Source: a bacterium (GTDB lineage: Archaea > Thermoplasmatota > E2 > JACPAO01 > JAHFTW01). From it: 64,000 nucleotides of DNA. Each line of letters starts with the position of its first letter. Within the stretch, counting starts at the first letter, position 1. A program made the translations under genes and the position numbers. The stretch lies in NCBI GenBank assembly GCA_040390065.1, contig JAZJZE010000005.1:341170-405169 (forward strand), given 5' to 3'. The notes beneath the pieces were generated by a model. It did not search any database. It was not told the origin of the DNA and saw only the letters and a list, made by a program, of their open reading frames with translations. Shown here piece after piece: positions 29,884 to 39,812 of the stretch.

Positions 29884-30819
29884 ATGCGCCTGTGGCCATT
29901 GGCCTTCCTCGTCGTGCTCGCCGTCCCCGCCGCCGCGGCCCAGCCAGCCCACCCCGTCGTCGTCGAAGTCGACCTGCTGGTCATCAGCTTCGGCAACTAC
30001 GACGCAAACAAGGGCACCTACACGATGGACCTGTACCTCCACCTGTCGTACGATGCCATGCACAGCGGCGGCATCGACCCGACGCATTTCGAGTTCGTCA
30101 ATGGGCGGGCCGCCAGCAAGGAACTGCAGTCCGACGACACCAACGCCACGACCGGCATCCGCGACTTGTGGTACAGGTTGCAGGTGAACCTGTACGCCGA
30201 GCCGCACTTCGAGAACTACCCGTACGACGCCCAAATCCTCAGCCTCCAACTCGAGGACGCCGTGCACACCGACAGTGAACTCGTCTACCGCGACGCCCTG
30301 ACGGGGACGGGCATCGACCCGGACATCCACGTCGCCGGCTGGCGCATCGACAATGCAGGAGCGACGGTGGCCCCGAAAGTCTACGCGTTCGGCGAGACCT
30401 ACAGCCGCTTCGCGTACCAGGTCCAGGTCAGCCGCGAACCATTGTCGGCGACCTTGCGCGCCTTCCTGCCGCCGCTGGCGTTCATGATCGTGAGCGCCTT
30501 GTCGTTCTTCCTGCACGCCTCGAAGGTCGCCCAGCGACTGACGCTCGGCACGTCGATGCTCATCGCGGCCGTGGGTTTCCACATCAGCCAGACCGTCTCG
30601 CTGCCGACCCTCGGCCGCTTGACCCTGTTCGACCAACTCATGCTGGCAGCCTACGCCTTCCTTGCTGCCAGTCTCGCCGTGACGGCGCTCGTGGCGTACA
30701 ACGAGGATTTCCGCAAGGACGACAAGACGGCAGCCCGGTCGACGCGGATCAACGTCCGCGGCGCCGTGCTTGCCGCCGCGCTTCCCGTGTTGGTCTTCCT
30801 GGCGCTTCGGTTCCTCTAG
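29884..30819 (+). CDS. Prokaryotic pentameric ligand-gated ion channel (GLIC/ELIC-like, Pro-loop)
   Basis: Signal peptide, beta-rich ectodomain, FENYPYDAQ Pro-loop, GW, pre-M1 R, four TM helices with M2 QRLTLGTSMLIA and M2-M3 LP..G.LT..D. Confidence 0.8.
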   Translation: MRLWPLAFLVVLAVPAAAAQPAHPVVVEVDLLVISFGNYDANKGTYTMDLYLHLSYDAMHSGGIDPTHFEFVNGRAASKELQSDDTNATTGIRDLWYRLQVNLYAEPHFENYPYDAQILSLQLEDAVHTDSELVYRDALTGTGIDPDIHVAGWRIDNAGATVAPKVYAFGETYSRFAYQVQVSREPLSATLRAFLPPLAFMIVSALSFFLHASKVAQRLTLGTSMLIAAVGFHISQTVSLPTLGRLTLFDQLMLAAYAFLAASLAVTALVAYNEDFRKDDKTAARSTRINVRGAVLAAALPVLVFLALRFL

Positions 30820-33122
30820 GACGCCGCCACACCGGCTTGGTGCGGCGCCATCGTGCTTGCCAGCGCACTCGGGTGCAGGCGGAGGAACCGCCCATCGCGC
30901 ACGGTGACGACGAGGCCGCCATCGATGAGGCGCTTGACGTGATACGTCACCGTCGATGCCTGCAGGCCGCTGCGCTGCGCGACCTCCTGCGATGTCAAGC
31001 CCGGTTGTGCCGCGACGACGGCGAGGATGGAGCGTGCGCCGTCGGACTTCATGGCGGGGGCGGCCGCAATCTGCATGCGTCCCGCGCCGCGCGGGAAGTA
31101 GCAAGTGTAGCCACCCGATGGCCGCGCCACGACCAGACCGGCCTCCGTGAGCTTCGACAAGTGATGGACGAGCGTGCCGTTTGGCAATCCGCTGCGCCGG
31201 CCAAGTTCCTGGAAGTGGATGCCAGCATCGGCTTCGATGAGCGCGGCCAGCCTGGCCCTATGCGGGTTGTCGAGGAGCTCCGGGTTGCGCAGGCGCGAGA
31301 ACAGGCCGATGGATCCACCCTTCAGGATGGGCCACACCCAGTAGAGCGCGCCGACGAACAAGCCAACGAGGCTGATGCCGGCGGCCTGCGCAGGGTTCGG
31401 CAACCATCCCGGGATGGAGTTCGCGGAGCCTGATGCGGGCGGAATGCCCGAGGGCTTGGTCGCCGCTGCCCCCTGCAGGCCGTTGCGCACACTGCTGTTC
31501 TCCTGCGAGGTTTCGAGGACGGACGGTTCGCCGTTCACCATCGCCAGAGCGCTCATGCGTGTTTCGGCGTCCTCGACGATGGTGGGCGGCGTCGTGGTGG
31601 TGTCGACGCGCCGGCCGGAGGAGGTCGACTCGACCCATCCGGCGCGCGTGAAGCTCACCGCAACCGAGCACGACACGGTCCCGTTCGTGAAGCGGAACCC
31701 GCAGAGTTCGGCGTATGCCAGGTCATTCGATGGATGGGCGCCGTCCGCCGCCGTCGCGTAGTCGCGCCAGCGGTCAGCCAACGAGACCCAAGTGGGCAGC
31801 TCCTTCGGCTCCGGGGGCACGGGCCAATCGAACGACGACGAACCGAAGTCGATGTAGGAGAACACGTGTTGCGGCATCGGCGGCGGCAAGCCGGTTGCAT
31901 GCAGGATGTAGACGATGACCGAGTAGCTGTCGTGGCCGTCGCCTTCATGGAACCACCAGGCGGGGCCACGCAGATCGACGCTGAACGCCACGGTCGTGTA
32001 GGCCTTCGGGTGCGCTGCCCTGAAATCGCGCAAGCCGGAGAACGACGGGTCCGTCATGGCTTGGTTCCACGCCTCCGAGGGCAACAGCGGGACGTTCAGC
32101 CCCTTGTCATCCGGTCCCCAGGGCTTGCTGGGCGCCATGACGAGGCCGGGGATGGGATCTCGCGGCGCTGGGCCCAGGGTCCTTGCCACCGTGCCGGGGG
32201 CGTAGCTGACCAGGACCATCGTGGCGTGGTCGCCGTTGTCGTCCGTGCTGCGGGCCTCCAACTTGAGAGGGGAGGAGATGCCCGAGGCAAACCACACGGA
32301 GACCTGGTACTCCTTCAGCGAGACCTCATCGGACGAGAAGTCCATGACGGCATCCGTCAAGACGCGGCTGGCATCGAAGCGCAAGGCGGGCCGACCGTCC
32401 AGCATGTCCAACGCCTTGGCTTGGTACGTCCCCGCCGGCAGGGTGGCAACCTCGCCAATCGTGCACGTGTCCTCCAGAAGGAAGGAGGCGCCGACGGCAA
32501 ACGTGCGGCCCTGCGCCGGGTTCACGAACAGGCAGAAGGCGTCGCCCACGCCGAAGGAGCGGCTCTGGCTCTTCTCATGCGTGACGATCTGGCTGTGGAT
32601 GACTTCCGGCAGGCCGCCGACCGTGAGAGGAGAGCCCAGCAGGCCGCCGTCCGTCACGTTGCTCGTCGTCCGGTTCGATTCCGATGCCCAGACCTGCGAC
32701 GAGCCTTGCTCGAACAGGATGGCGCCGTGGTACGATTCCCAAGGGTTGTGGTCGGGCTTGCCGTCGAAGTCGAAGTCGAACGTGTTGAGCTCGTCGTAGC
32801 GCATGCCTTCGACGAGCCCGCGGTCCGTGGCGTGCACGAGCCCATCCGCCATGCGCACGGGCTCGCCCTTGCCGAAGCTGAAGTTGGCAAACGGCGCAGC
32901 GCCATGGGCAAACGGTCCATCCAGCCAAGGACCCTTGAGGTCGAGCGAATAGCTGCCCTTGTCGCCAAGGTGCGCAACAGGAACCTGCACGTCGCGGCGG
33001 GCTGCGGACGTCTGCGAATTGGCATTGCCGGCGCCGACCACGCCGACGAGGATCGAACTCGTGAGGATGGCGATCAAGACGGCGGGCAGCAGGCGGCGGC
33101 CCAAGCGGGCAGGTCGGGTCAT
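30816..33122 (-). CDS. Membrane-anchored double winged-helix transcriptional regulator with large ectodomain (paralog 1)
   Basis: N-terminal hydrophobic signal, long ectodomain, TM, KGGSIGLFSR, NPHR, GIHFQEL, HHL, GYTCYFP, second HTH TVTYHVKRL. Confidence 0.85.
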   Translation of the reverse strand: MTRPARLGRRLLPAVLIAILTSSILVGVVGAGNANSQTSAARRDVQVPVAHLGDKGSYSLDLKGPWLDGPFAHGAAPFANFSFGKGEPVRMADGLVHATDRGLVEGMRYDELNTFDFDFDGKPDHNPWESYHGAILFEQGSSQVWASESNRTTSNVTDGGLLGSPLTVGGLPEVIHSQIVTHEKSQSRSFGVGDAFCLFVNPAQGRTFAVGASFLLEDTCTIGEVATLPAGTYQAKALDMLDGRPALRFDASRVLTDAVMDFSSDEVSLKEYQVSVWFASGISSPLKLEARSTDDNGDHATMVLVSYAPGTVARTLGPAPRDPIPGLVMAPSKPWGPDDKGLNVPLLPSEAWNQAMTDPSFSGLRDFRAAHPKAYTTVAFSVDLRGPAWWFHEGDGHDSYSVIVYILHATGLPPPMPQHVFSYIDFGSSSFDWPVPPEPKELPTWVSLADRWRDYATAADGAHPSNDLAYAELCGFRFTNGTVSCSVAVSFTRAGWVESTSSGRRVDTTTTPPTIVEDAETRMSALAMVNGEPSVLETSQENSSVRNGLQGAAATKPSGIPPASGSANSIPGWLPNPAQAAGISLVGLFVGALYWVWPILKGGSIGLFSRLRNPELLDNPHRARLAALIEADAGIHFQELGRRSGLPNGTLVHHLSKLTEAGLVVARPSGGYTCYFPRGAGRMQIAAAPAMKSDGARSILAVVAAQPGLTSQEVAQRSGLQASTVTYHVKRLIDGGLVVTVRDGRFLRLHPSALASTMAPHQAGVAAS

Positions 33123-33235
33123 TTGGACACCACTCGCACCACCTTGGGATGTAGTTAAAGGTAGAGTGGAGCAGGGTTCGAATCCACCGGGCTATCCCTG
33201 GAGGGAACGTCGAATCGACCCGGGATTGGCCGAGG

Positions 33236-34693
33236 TCATCCGCCGCCGGGGGAGACCCGGTCCGCGGAGGGCACGGTCTGCTTCTTCGGGTCTAGTGCGG
33301 CGTCGATCCTGGCCTTCGGCAGGCCGGCGTCGCGGTAGGCGATCTCGCGCACGGTCTTGTGCTCCTTCTGGCTCGTCTTGGCGATCTGCGCCGCCTTGTC
33401 GTAGCCGATGAGCGGGTTGAGTGCCGTGGCCATGGAGACGCTGCGTTCGACCGCGGCGGTGGCGCGTTCCGCGTTGGCCTTCGTGCCGGCCAGGCAGTTG
33501 TCGACGAAGACGCGCGACACGGCCGCGAGAAGGCGCGTGGACTCGAGCAAGTTGTGCGTCATCATCGGGAGCATGACGTTGAGGTCCAACTGGCCCCACT
33601 GGCCGCCGATCCGCACTGCGGCGCAGTTGCCCGTGACGTGGGCGCCTACCATCGTGACGGCCTCGCAGATGACCGGGTTCACCTTGCCAGGCATGATGCT
33701 GGAGCCCGGCTGGATGGCGGGGAGTTGCAGTTCCCCAAGGCCGCAGTCGGGGCCGGAGCCCATGAGGCGGACGTCGTTGGCGATCTTCATGAGGCTCGCG
33801 GCCACGGTGTCGAGGGCGCCGGCGGCAAAGACGTAGGCGTCGCGGCTGGCTTCGGCCTCGAAGTGGTTCTTGGCTTCGACGAACTTGAAGCCCGTTGCCT
33901 CCGTGAGTTTCGCGGCCACGCGGGCGCCGAATTCCGGATGGGCGTTGAGGCCGGTGCCGAGGGCCGTGCCGCCTTGCGCCAATTCCAGCAGGCCTTCCTC
34001 GGCTTGGCGGATGCGTCGGATTCCCAACTCGATTTGGCGGGCGTAGCCGGAGAATTCCTGGCCGAGGCGGATGGGGACCGCGTCCTGCAGGTGCGTGCGG
34101 CCGACCTTGACGACGTCGTCGAACTCCTTCGACTTCCGGACGAGGCAGTCGTGCAGGTACTCGAGGGCAGGGATGAGTTCGTGCTCGAATTGCAGGACGG
34201 CGGCGACGTGCATCGTCGTCGGGATGACGTCGTTGGAGGATTGGCAGAAATTGACGTGGTCGTTCGGGTGAACGTTTTCGCCAAGGATCTGCGTGGCAAG
34301 GTGCGCGACGACCTCATTGGCATTCATGTTGGTGGATGTGCCGGAGCCGGTCTGGAAGACGTCGATGGGGAAGTGCTCGAGGTGTTCGCCCTCGTAGATG
34401 GACAGCGCCGCTTGCGCGATGGCATCGGCCACGGCGGGCTTGAGGAGCTTGAGGTCCTTGTTCGCCATGGCGCACGCCCACTTGACGAGGCCGAGGCTGC
34501 GCACGAACTCGGGGGGCAGGTGCAATCCGGAGATGGGGAAGTTGAGGACCGCCCGCTGCGTGCTTGCGCCCCAGAGTGCGTCGATGGGGACCTCCATCGG
34601 GCCCATCGAGTCCTTCTCCGTCCGCGTCGCGGGGCCTTGGCCCTTCTCGTAGTCGGAACCCGGTTCGGCGGCAGCCACTGCCTTCTTGGCCAT
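33236..34693 (-). CDS. fumC: Class II fumarate hydratase
   Basis: RTEKDSMG, FQTGSGTSTNMN, HPNDHVN, GRTHLQDA, GSSIMPGKVNP. Confidence 0.96.
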   Translation of the reverse strand: MAKKAVAAAEPGSDYEKGQGPATRTEKDSMGPMEVPIDALWGASTQRAVLNFPISGLHLPPEFVRSLGLVKWACAMANKDLKLLKPAVADAIAQAALSIYEGEHLEHFPIDVFQTGSGTSTNMNANEVVAHLATQILGENVHPNDHVNFCQSSNDVIPTTMHVAAVLQFEHELIPALEYLHDCLVRKSKEFDDVVKVGRTHLQDAVPIRLGQEFSGYARQIELGIRRIRQAEEGLLELAQGGTALGTGLNAHPEFGARVAAKLTEATGFKFVEAKNHFEAEASRDAYVFAAGALDTVAASLMKIANDVRLMGSGPDCGLGELQLPAIQPGSSIMPGKVNPVICEAVTMVGAHVTGNCAAVRIGGQWGQLDLNVMLPMMTHNLLESTRLLAAVSRVFVDNCLAGTKANAERATAAVERSVSMATALNPLIGYDKAAQIAKTSQKEHKTVREIAYRDAGLPKARIDAALDPKKQTVPSADRVSPGGG

Positions 34694-34730
34694 GGCGGGG
34701 CCGACGGGGGCAGGGGAGAAAAAGGGTGGG

Positions 34731-36944
34731 TCAGGCCGCCACGGCGGATGGGCCGCCAACCAGCATCAAGCCGGCGAGGTCAGCCCGGAGGATGCCGGCC
34801 TTGCGCAGCCTGTCAACGTGGTAGTGCACGGTAGGCGGGCTGACGCCAAGCCGCCTGGCGACCTCCGCCGATGTCACGCCTGGCTGCCCCCTGGCTGCCG
34901 CCAGGATGGCCTTCGCCACGGGCGATTTGACAAGCGGTGCGGCCTCCATCGCAAGGCGGCCTGTTCCGCGTGGAAAATAGCACGTATAGCCGTGCCGACG
35001 GGAGGCAACGACAGCCCCTGCTTCCGCCAACGTGCGCAGGTGGTGCTCGACGGCGCCGTTGCCGATCCCAACCCGGCGCACGAGCTCCTGCAGGTGGATT
35101 CCTGGTTCGCGCTGAACCAGTTGCGCGATGCGGGCCCGCGTAGGATTGGCGAGCACGTCCTCGGCCTGGACGCGGGAAAACAGCCCGACGGCGCCGCCCT
35201 TGGCTGCAGGCCAGACCCACCACAGGAGGCCGGCAATGATGGCCAGGCCTCCGACGGCCTCGACGGCCGGAACGCTCGGCCATTTCCAGAAACCCGCTGC
35301 GCCGGCGTCAAGCGGCGTGAATGGCTGCTTGGAGGCGGGAAGTTGGGCGGCTGCTGGGGCGACGTCGGTCTTCTCTCCCGACGATACGGTCATGAAGGCG
35401 TGCGGTCCGTCTTCTGGCACGGTCCACTCGAGGTACTGCCCCGATGACTCGGTCGTCTGCAGCGGGTTGAAGCTCCCGAGGCCCGTCAGGTTGTAGTGAG
35501 CCTCTCTGTGTCCCGCCTGGTAGTACGGCTGGGCCTGCGTGCAGGACGCCTTGGTGACTTGATCATCGTAACATCCGAGCCAGAAGTCCCACGCGTTTGG
35601 CGCCGGCCGGACTTCGCCTGGCCGGAAGGCCTGATACTGCGCGAACATCGAGGCTACCGTGGGCGTCATCGCGGGCAGATTGTCCCGCGGTAGGAACCGC
35701 ATTCCGTCGAAGAACTGACCAAACTCCGCATCGCCCTGGAATTCGTCGTGTCCGGCTTGCCGCACGGGCCCGAGCCCTCCCAGGGCGGGCACGGTGCGAA
35801 TCGCATCGAAAGCGAGGCGCGCTCTCGGATCGGCGGCAATCATCCGCCACGTGTAGGAGACCTCCCCGAATGCATTCGTGGATTGCGACAACCGGGCGGC
35901 GCCCAGGTAGGCGGTGGGGTGAGCTGCCAGGAAGGTCCGAACGTCCGAGTAGATCACGTCCGATTTCGCTTCGGCCCACGCCTCGGATAGAGGAAACGGG
36001 TGAACGACGCCGGAATCCTCGACGATAGTCTCTGTCCGCGGCGCCATCTTGACTGGGGGCATCGACGGTAGTGCCACGCCAGACTTGTCGGCGATTGGCA
36101 CGCGTCCGCGCTCGAAGGATACCAACCGATACGAGTATCCTCCACGCTCCGGATTCCACGGGTCGACGACGAACTTCATGCGCACCGGGTATGGAATGTC
36201 CTCCTGGAACCAGAGACGCAGGTCCGTGCCGTTGAATCGTGAACTGAACCAGTCCACGACAATCGTCCGGTGGGGGGCATTGGGAACCTCGCCTCGCGGA
36301 ATGAGGAAGGCTGTGCGCGTCGTATTGATCGTCGCGAGGTCGCACCCGCCTAGTTCGGGAAGCGGCTTCTGCAAATCCCACGTGCGGCCTTGGAGGGCGC
36401 TCCGCCCTCCGCATGGTGCTTGAACGTCGGCGAAGACGGTCTGGTCCCAATCGCCAGTGGTGGAATGGGGCAGACCAGGCAACGGGGTCTCATTGTACGA
36501 GTATCCGCCGGCCGTGCGCAGGTTCCAGGCCGTGCCATCGACGGTTCCCGCAGCAAAGTGTGTGGCGCCGCTGTACCCGAATCCGGCGGCTGACACAACG
36601 GTCGTCCCGCCTGGGTCATCGCCGAGGAGCATGCGGCGCCACGAGAAGCGATTTGCCAGGACGGGGGAGGTCCCCTGGTAGTCGATGACGTCGCCAAGGG
36701 TCTCGAAATCCACGCCTTCGGAAAGCGGGAACCTGTAGGTTCCGTTGCCCTCGAAACGATACTGCCCACGATCGCCGACATTTGGCCACGCCAGGGTGAA
36801 TGGCGCAGGCGGGGCGGAGGACTCGCCGGGGTGTGGAGCCGCGGCGATGACGGTCCCGACACCGCCGACAAGCAGGGCCGTGAGTACCGCGGCGGCGATG
36901 TGCTTGGGCTGCGTGAGTTTGGCGTGCATCGGCTTGTGGGCCAT
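34731..36944 (-). CDS. Membrane-anchored double winged-helix transcriptional regulator with large ectodomain (paralog 2)
   Basis: Same architecture; KGGAVGLFSR, NPTR, PGIHLQEL, EHHL, GYTCYFP, TVHYHVDRL. Confidence 0.85.
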   Translation of the reverse strand: MAHKPMHAKLTQPKHIAAAVLTALLVGGVGTVIAAAPHPGESSAPPAPFTLAWPNVGDRGQYRFEGNGTYRFPLSEGVDFETLGDVIDYQGTSPVLANRFSWRRMLLGDDPGGTTVVSAAGFGYSGATHFAAGTVDGTAWNLRTAGGYSYNETPLPGLPHSTTGDWDQTVFADVQAPCGGRSALQGRTWDLQKPLPELGGCDLATINTTRTAFLIPRGEVPNAPHRTIVVDWFSSRFNGTDLRLWFQEDIPYPVRMKFVVDPWNPERGGYSYRLVSFERGRVPIADKSGVALPSMPPVKMAPRTETIVEDSGVVHPFPLSEAWAEAKSDVIYSDVRTFLAAHPTAYLGAARLSQSTNAFGEVSYTWRMIAADPRARLAFDAIRTVPALGGLGPVRQAGHDEFQGDAEFGQFFDGMRFLPRDNLPAMTPTVASMFAQYQAFRPGEVRPAPNAWDFWLGCYDDQVTKASCTQAQPYYQAGHREAHYNLTGLGSFNPLQTTESSGQYLEWTVPEDGPHAFMTVSSGEKTDVAPAAAQLPASKQPFTPLDAGAAGFWKWPSVPAVEAVGGLAIIAGLLWWVWPAAKGGAVGLFSRVQAEDVLANPTRARIAQLVQREPGIHLQELVRRVGIGNGAVEHHLRTLAEAGAVVASRRHGYTCYFPRGTGRLAMEAAPLVKSPVAKAILAAARGQPGVTSAEVARRLGVSPPTVHYHVDRLRKAGILRADLAGLMLVGGPSAVAA

Positions 36945-36987
36945 GGAGGGACACGGCGCGCCTGGCCTTATCAGGAGCGCGGGGGGA

Positions 36988-37027
36988 TTCTCTAATGGCT
37001 AACGCCCAGTTGGGGCGTTTCTCTAAT
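36988..37027. promoter_or_regulatory. TTCTCTAAT direct repeat flanking an AACGCCC/GGGCGTT inverted repeat, candidate operator
   Basis: Repeats at 36988-36996 and 37019-37027; palindrome 37001-37019; lies upstream of paralog 2. Confidence 0.4.
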
Positions 37028-37048
37028 ACCTTGCTCCAGGCCGACGAA

Positions 37049-39220
37049 TCACCCGGATGCCGCAATCGCCATCCCAGTCTCCGTCGGCTGCAGTGTCCCA
37101 GCAGCCACCAGGCCCGCGGCGCGCAGCCGCTCCAAGTGGTAGTAGACCGTGGCGGGCGCGATGCCGAGTCGGCGGGCGGCTTCCTGCGGCGTCATTCCTG
37201 GGTTCTTCCGCAGGAGGTCGAGGAGTTTCCGCGCCGCCGGTGCCCGCAGCGCCGGTCCGGCCTTGGCGAAGCGGTCATCGGTTCCGGCCGGGAAGTAGCA
37301 CGTATAGCCAGGTGCCCGCACGGCCTTGAGGAGGCCCGCCTCGGTAAGCTTCGCCAAATGGTGCTCCATGGTCCCGTTGGATTCGCCAAGCACCCGAAGG
37401 AGGGCCTGGTAGTGGATGCCGGGCTGCGCTTGCACGGCCTCGACGATGCGCCGGCGAACGGGGTTGTCGAGGAGTTCGTTGTCGCGGGTCTTGCTGAACA
37501 AGCCGACGGCGCCGCCCTTGGCAAGAGGCCACAGGTAGTAGGCGAGGCCGGCCACGAGGGCGCCGAAGGCCACGGTCGTGGCTTGCACCGGGGTGGGCGC
37601 AATCCACGTGGAGGCAGGGACGACGCCCGGTGCGGGGGCGACGGGGGCGGGCGGCGTGGACGCCAAGGGCGCGGCGCCTGCCGGCTGGTCCGTCTGCTCG
37701 GAGCGGTCGAACCGTTTGGCCGTGCCATCCGGTGCCCACGTCATCGTCGTCGCCCGCCACGTCGTCGTATCGGCTTGCAGGCCAGGGAATGCGGCCGTCG
37801 ACGTCGATGTGGCGTCGCCCGCCCAGACCATCTGGATGGGATATCCATCGGCCTGCTCCATGAAGCAGAATCCCCAGTCGTTGCCGACCTGGTTGGGGTC
37901 GCCCCACGGCCGCCACTGGGCCAGCATGCTGGCCACGCTCGGCATCGTCTGGGGCAGTTTGTCGAGGCTGACCGGCTGCATGTCGCTGAAGGGCCGGTCG
38001 GGGTCGACCTTCACGTCTGCTGGGGCGCCGGAGTTGCCGATCTGGTGGGTCCAGCGCCGCTCGATGCCCGTCTCGTGGATGCTGCCGCCGTCACTCACCC
38101 CGAAACTCCACCGTTCCCTGTGCTGGTCGGCGGGCAGAAGCGGCGTTGGGCTGTCGACGTGCCCGTCGAAGGCGATGTGCCGCGCCCACACCATGACGGC
38201 GCCGGGATGCTGGCCGAGGTACGTCGCGAGCTCCGGGTCCACGCCGGTGCGGGCGGACGCGAAGGCCTCCGACAATGGGAACGGGTGGACGACGCCGGTC
38301 TCGTCGGGACCGTCGACGTCGAGCGGCTGGAAGACCCACTGCGTCGGCATGGCCGCGTCCGAGGCGCTGCGCGCAAGGACCGTGCCGCGGGTGAAGCCTG
38401 TCATGGTCCACCTCTGCGTGGGGAATTCCATGGTGACCGGGTACGGGATTCCGGCGCGGTACACGAATTCGCCCTGCTTCGTCGGCTGGTCATCGTACAC
38501 GGCGGGACCATCGGGCACGCCTTGGTTGTAGCCGAGAGTCATCCACCACTCGACGCGCATGTCGCCGCTGTCGATGCGGGCGACGCGCAACTCGACGTCC
38601 TTCGTCTCGCCAGGGTTGGGCAGGTCCGAACAGGGATGTTCATCGGGGACGACCTGCCCGAGCGCGATCTCGCCGCCTTGGAACGGGTTGCGCAGGCCGC
38701 ACGGCAAGGAGGCGGTGCCTTCCATGTAGAACAGGCTCGTCCAATTGTTGGTCCGAACCTGGCCTGACGGGTCGGGGACCGAGCCGGGCGTTGCGTCGGT
38801 CTGCGAACTGCTCACCCGCAGGATGTCGGCGGCCAGGCTTCCGGCTGGAAGGAAGTGGTCCTCGTCGCGCGAGTCGTCGCCGCGGACGTCCTTGGTGAGG
38901 ATATGGTTGGCCCACATGGTCCCGCCGTGCAAGCCCGGGACCTGCTCGTCGGCAAGCCACGTGAAGTCGTAGCCCCAGTCGCCGGAGCCGTGGATTGTCG
39001 CCGGGTTGGGGAAGGTGATTGCGTACGCCGCGCGGTCGCCCACATTGGGCATGGGGATCTGGAAGGCGACGGCCGAATCCGGACCGAAATTGGCGGCGAG
39101 GTCGTGCTGGCCGTTCGCGTTTGCGAGCCCCACGGTCAGCCCGGCGCCTCCTCCCAGGAGGACGACGACGGCGACGCTGGCAAGGATGTGGCGCGGACGA
39201 TGCAGGATGGCGCGGTCCAT
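37049..39220 (-). CDS. Membrane-anchored double winged-helix transcriptional regulator with large ectodomain (paralog 3)
   Basis: Same architecture; KGGAVGLFSK, DNPVR, PGIHYQAL, EHHL, GYTCYFP, TVYYHLERL; CTTAAG box at 39244-39249. Confidence 0.85.
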   Translation of the reverse strand: MDRAILHRPRHILASVAVVVLLGGGAGLTVGLANANGQHDLAANFGPDSAVAFQIPMPNVGDRAAYAITFPNPATIHGSGDWGYDFTWLADEQVPGLHGGTMWANHILTKDVRGDDSRDEDHFLPAGSLAADILRVSSSQTDATPGSVPDPSGQVRTNNWTSLFYMEGTASLPCGLRNPFQGGEIALGQVVPDEHPCSDLPNPGETKDVELRVARIDSGDMRVEWWMTLGYNQGVPDGPAVYDDQPTKQGEFVYRAGIPYPVTMEFPTQRWTMTGFTRGTVLARSASDAAMPTQWVFQPLDVDGPDETGVVHPFPLSEAFASARTGVDPELATYLGQHPGAVMVWARHIAFDGHVDSPTPLLPADQHRERWSFGVSDGGSIHETGIERRWTHQIGNSGAPADVKVDPDRPFSDMQPVSLDKLPQTMPSVASMLAQWRPWGDPNQVGNDWGFCFMEQADGYPIQMVWAGDATSTSTAAFPGLQADTTTWRATTMTWAPDGTAKRFDRSEQTDQPAGAAPLASTPPAPVAPAPGVVPASTWIAPTPVQATTVAFGALVAGLAYYLWPLAKGGAVGLFSKTRDNELLDNPVRRRIVEAVQAQPGIHYQALLRVLGESNGTMEHHLAKLTEAGLLKAVRAPGYTCYFPAGTDDRFAKAGPALRAPAARKLLDLLRKNPGMTPQEAARRLGIAPATVYYHLERLRAAGLVAAGTLQPTETGMAIAASG

Positions 39221-39311
39221 GGGGGCAGACACTCCGGCCGGGGCTTAAGATGAGCCCGGTGCAAACGCTGACGACGGCGGCCAGCGGTGCAATCCTCGAA
39301 GAACTTTCTGG

Positions 39312-39812
39312 CTACAGTTTGTCCGCCGCATGTTCCCGACTGGCCTTGATGATGTCGGCGATGCGCTTGGCCTTCTCCATCTTCTGTTTCTCCTCGGCCG
39401 TGCTGGCGACGACGGCTGGCACGGGCGTCGGCTTGTTGTTGCGGTCGAGGGCGACGAACGTCATGTAGCAACTGGCCGTGTGCCGCACTTCGCCCGTCGT
39501 CGGGCTTTCGGCTTCGACGCGCACGCCGACGAGCATGCTGGTCTTGCCGACGTGGCGCACGGTGGCGTGGATCGTGAGGATGTCGCCGATGTAGACGGGT
39601 TCACGGAAATCCATGCGTTCGAGGCTCACCGTCACGACTTTGGGTACGCGGGCATGGCGCCACGCGGCGACGGCGGCGGCCTCGTCGATGTACTTCAGGA
39701 TGGCACCGCCGTGCACGTTGCCGTAGACGTTCGCCTCGTCCGGCGTCATGAGCTTCGACATCGTCGTCGCGGAACGGCTCATGGGGACGGCTTCGAGCTC
39801 GGCCTTGGGCAT
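39312..39812 (-). CDS. Hotdog-fold acyl-CoA thioesterase (YciA-like)
   Basis: P.EANVYGNVHGGAILKYIDE, VVTVS, F.EPV..GD, GKTSM.V.V, TFVALD. Confidence 0.9.
   Translation of the reverse strand: MPKAELEAVPMSRSATTMSKLMTPDEANVYGNVHGGAILKYIDEAAAVAAWRHARVPKVVTVSLERMDFREPVYIGDILTIHATVRHVGKTSMLVGVRVEAESPTTGEVRHTASCYMTFVALDRNNKPTPVPAVVASTAEEKQKMEKAKRIADIIKASREHAADKL

Noticed and set aside
33146-33198. Functional tRNA gene
   Set aside because: Only 53 nt, no anticodon arm, and the cloverleaf cannot be completed
36995-38767. 590-aa plus-strand ORF
   Set aside because: Antisense shadow of receptor paralog 3
39312-39812. Hotdog thioesterase as the PKS release enzyme
   Set aside because: It is 25 kb away on the opposite strand and of generic YciA type; no evidence of linkage
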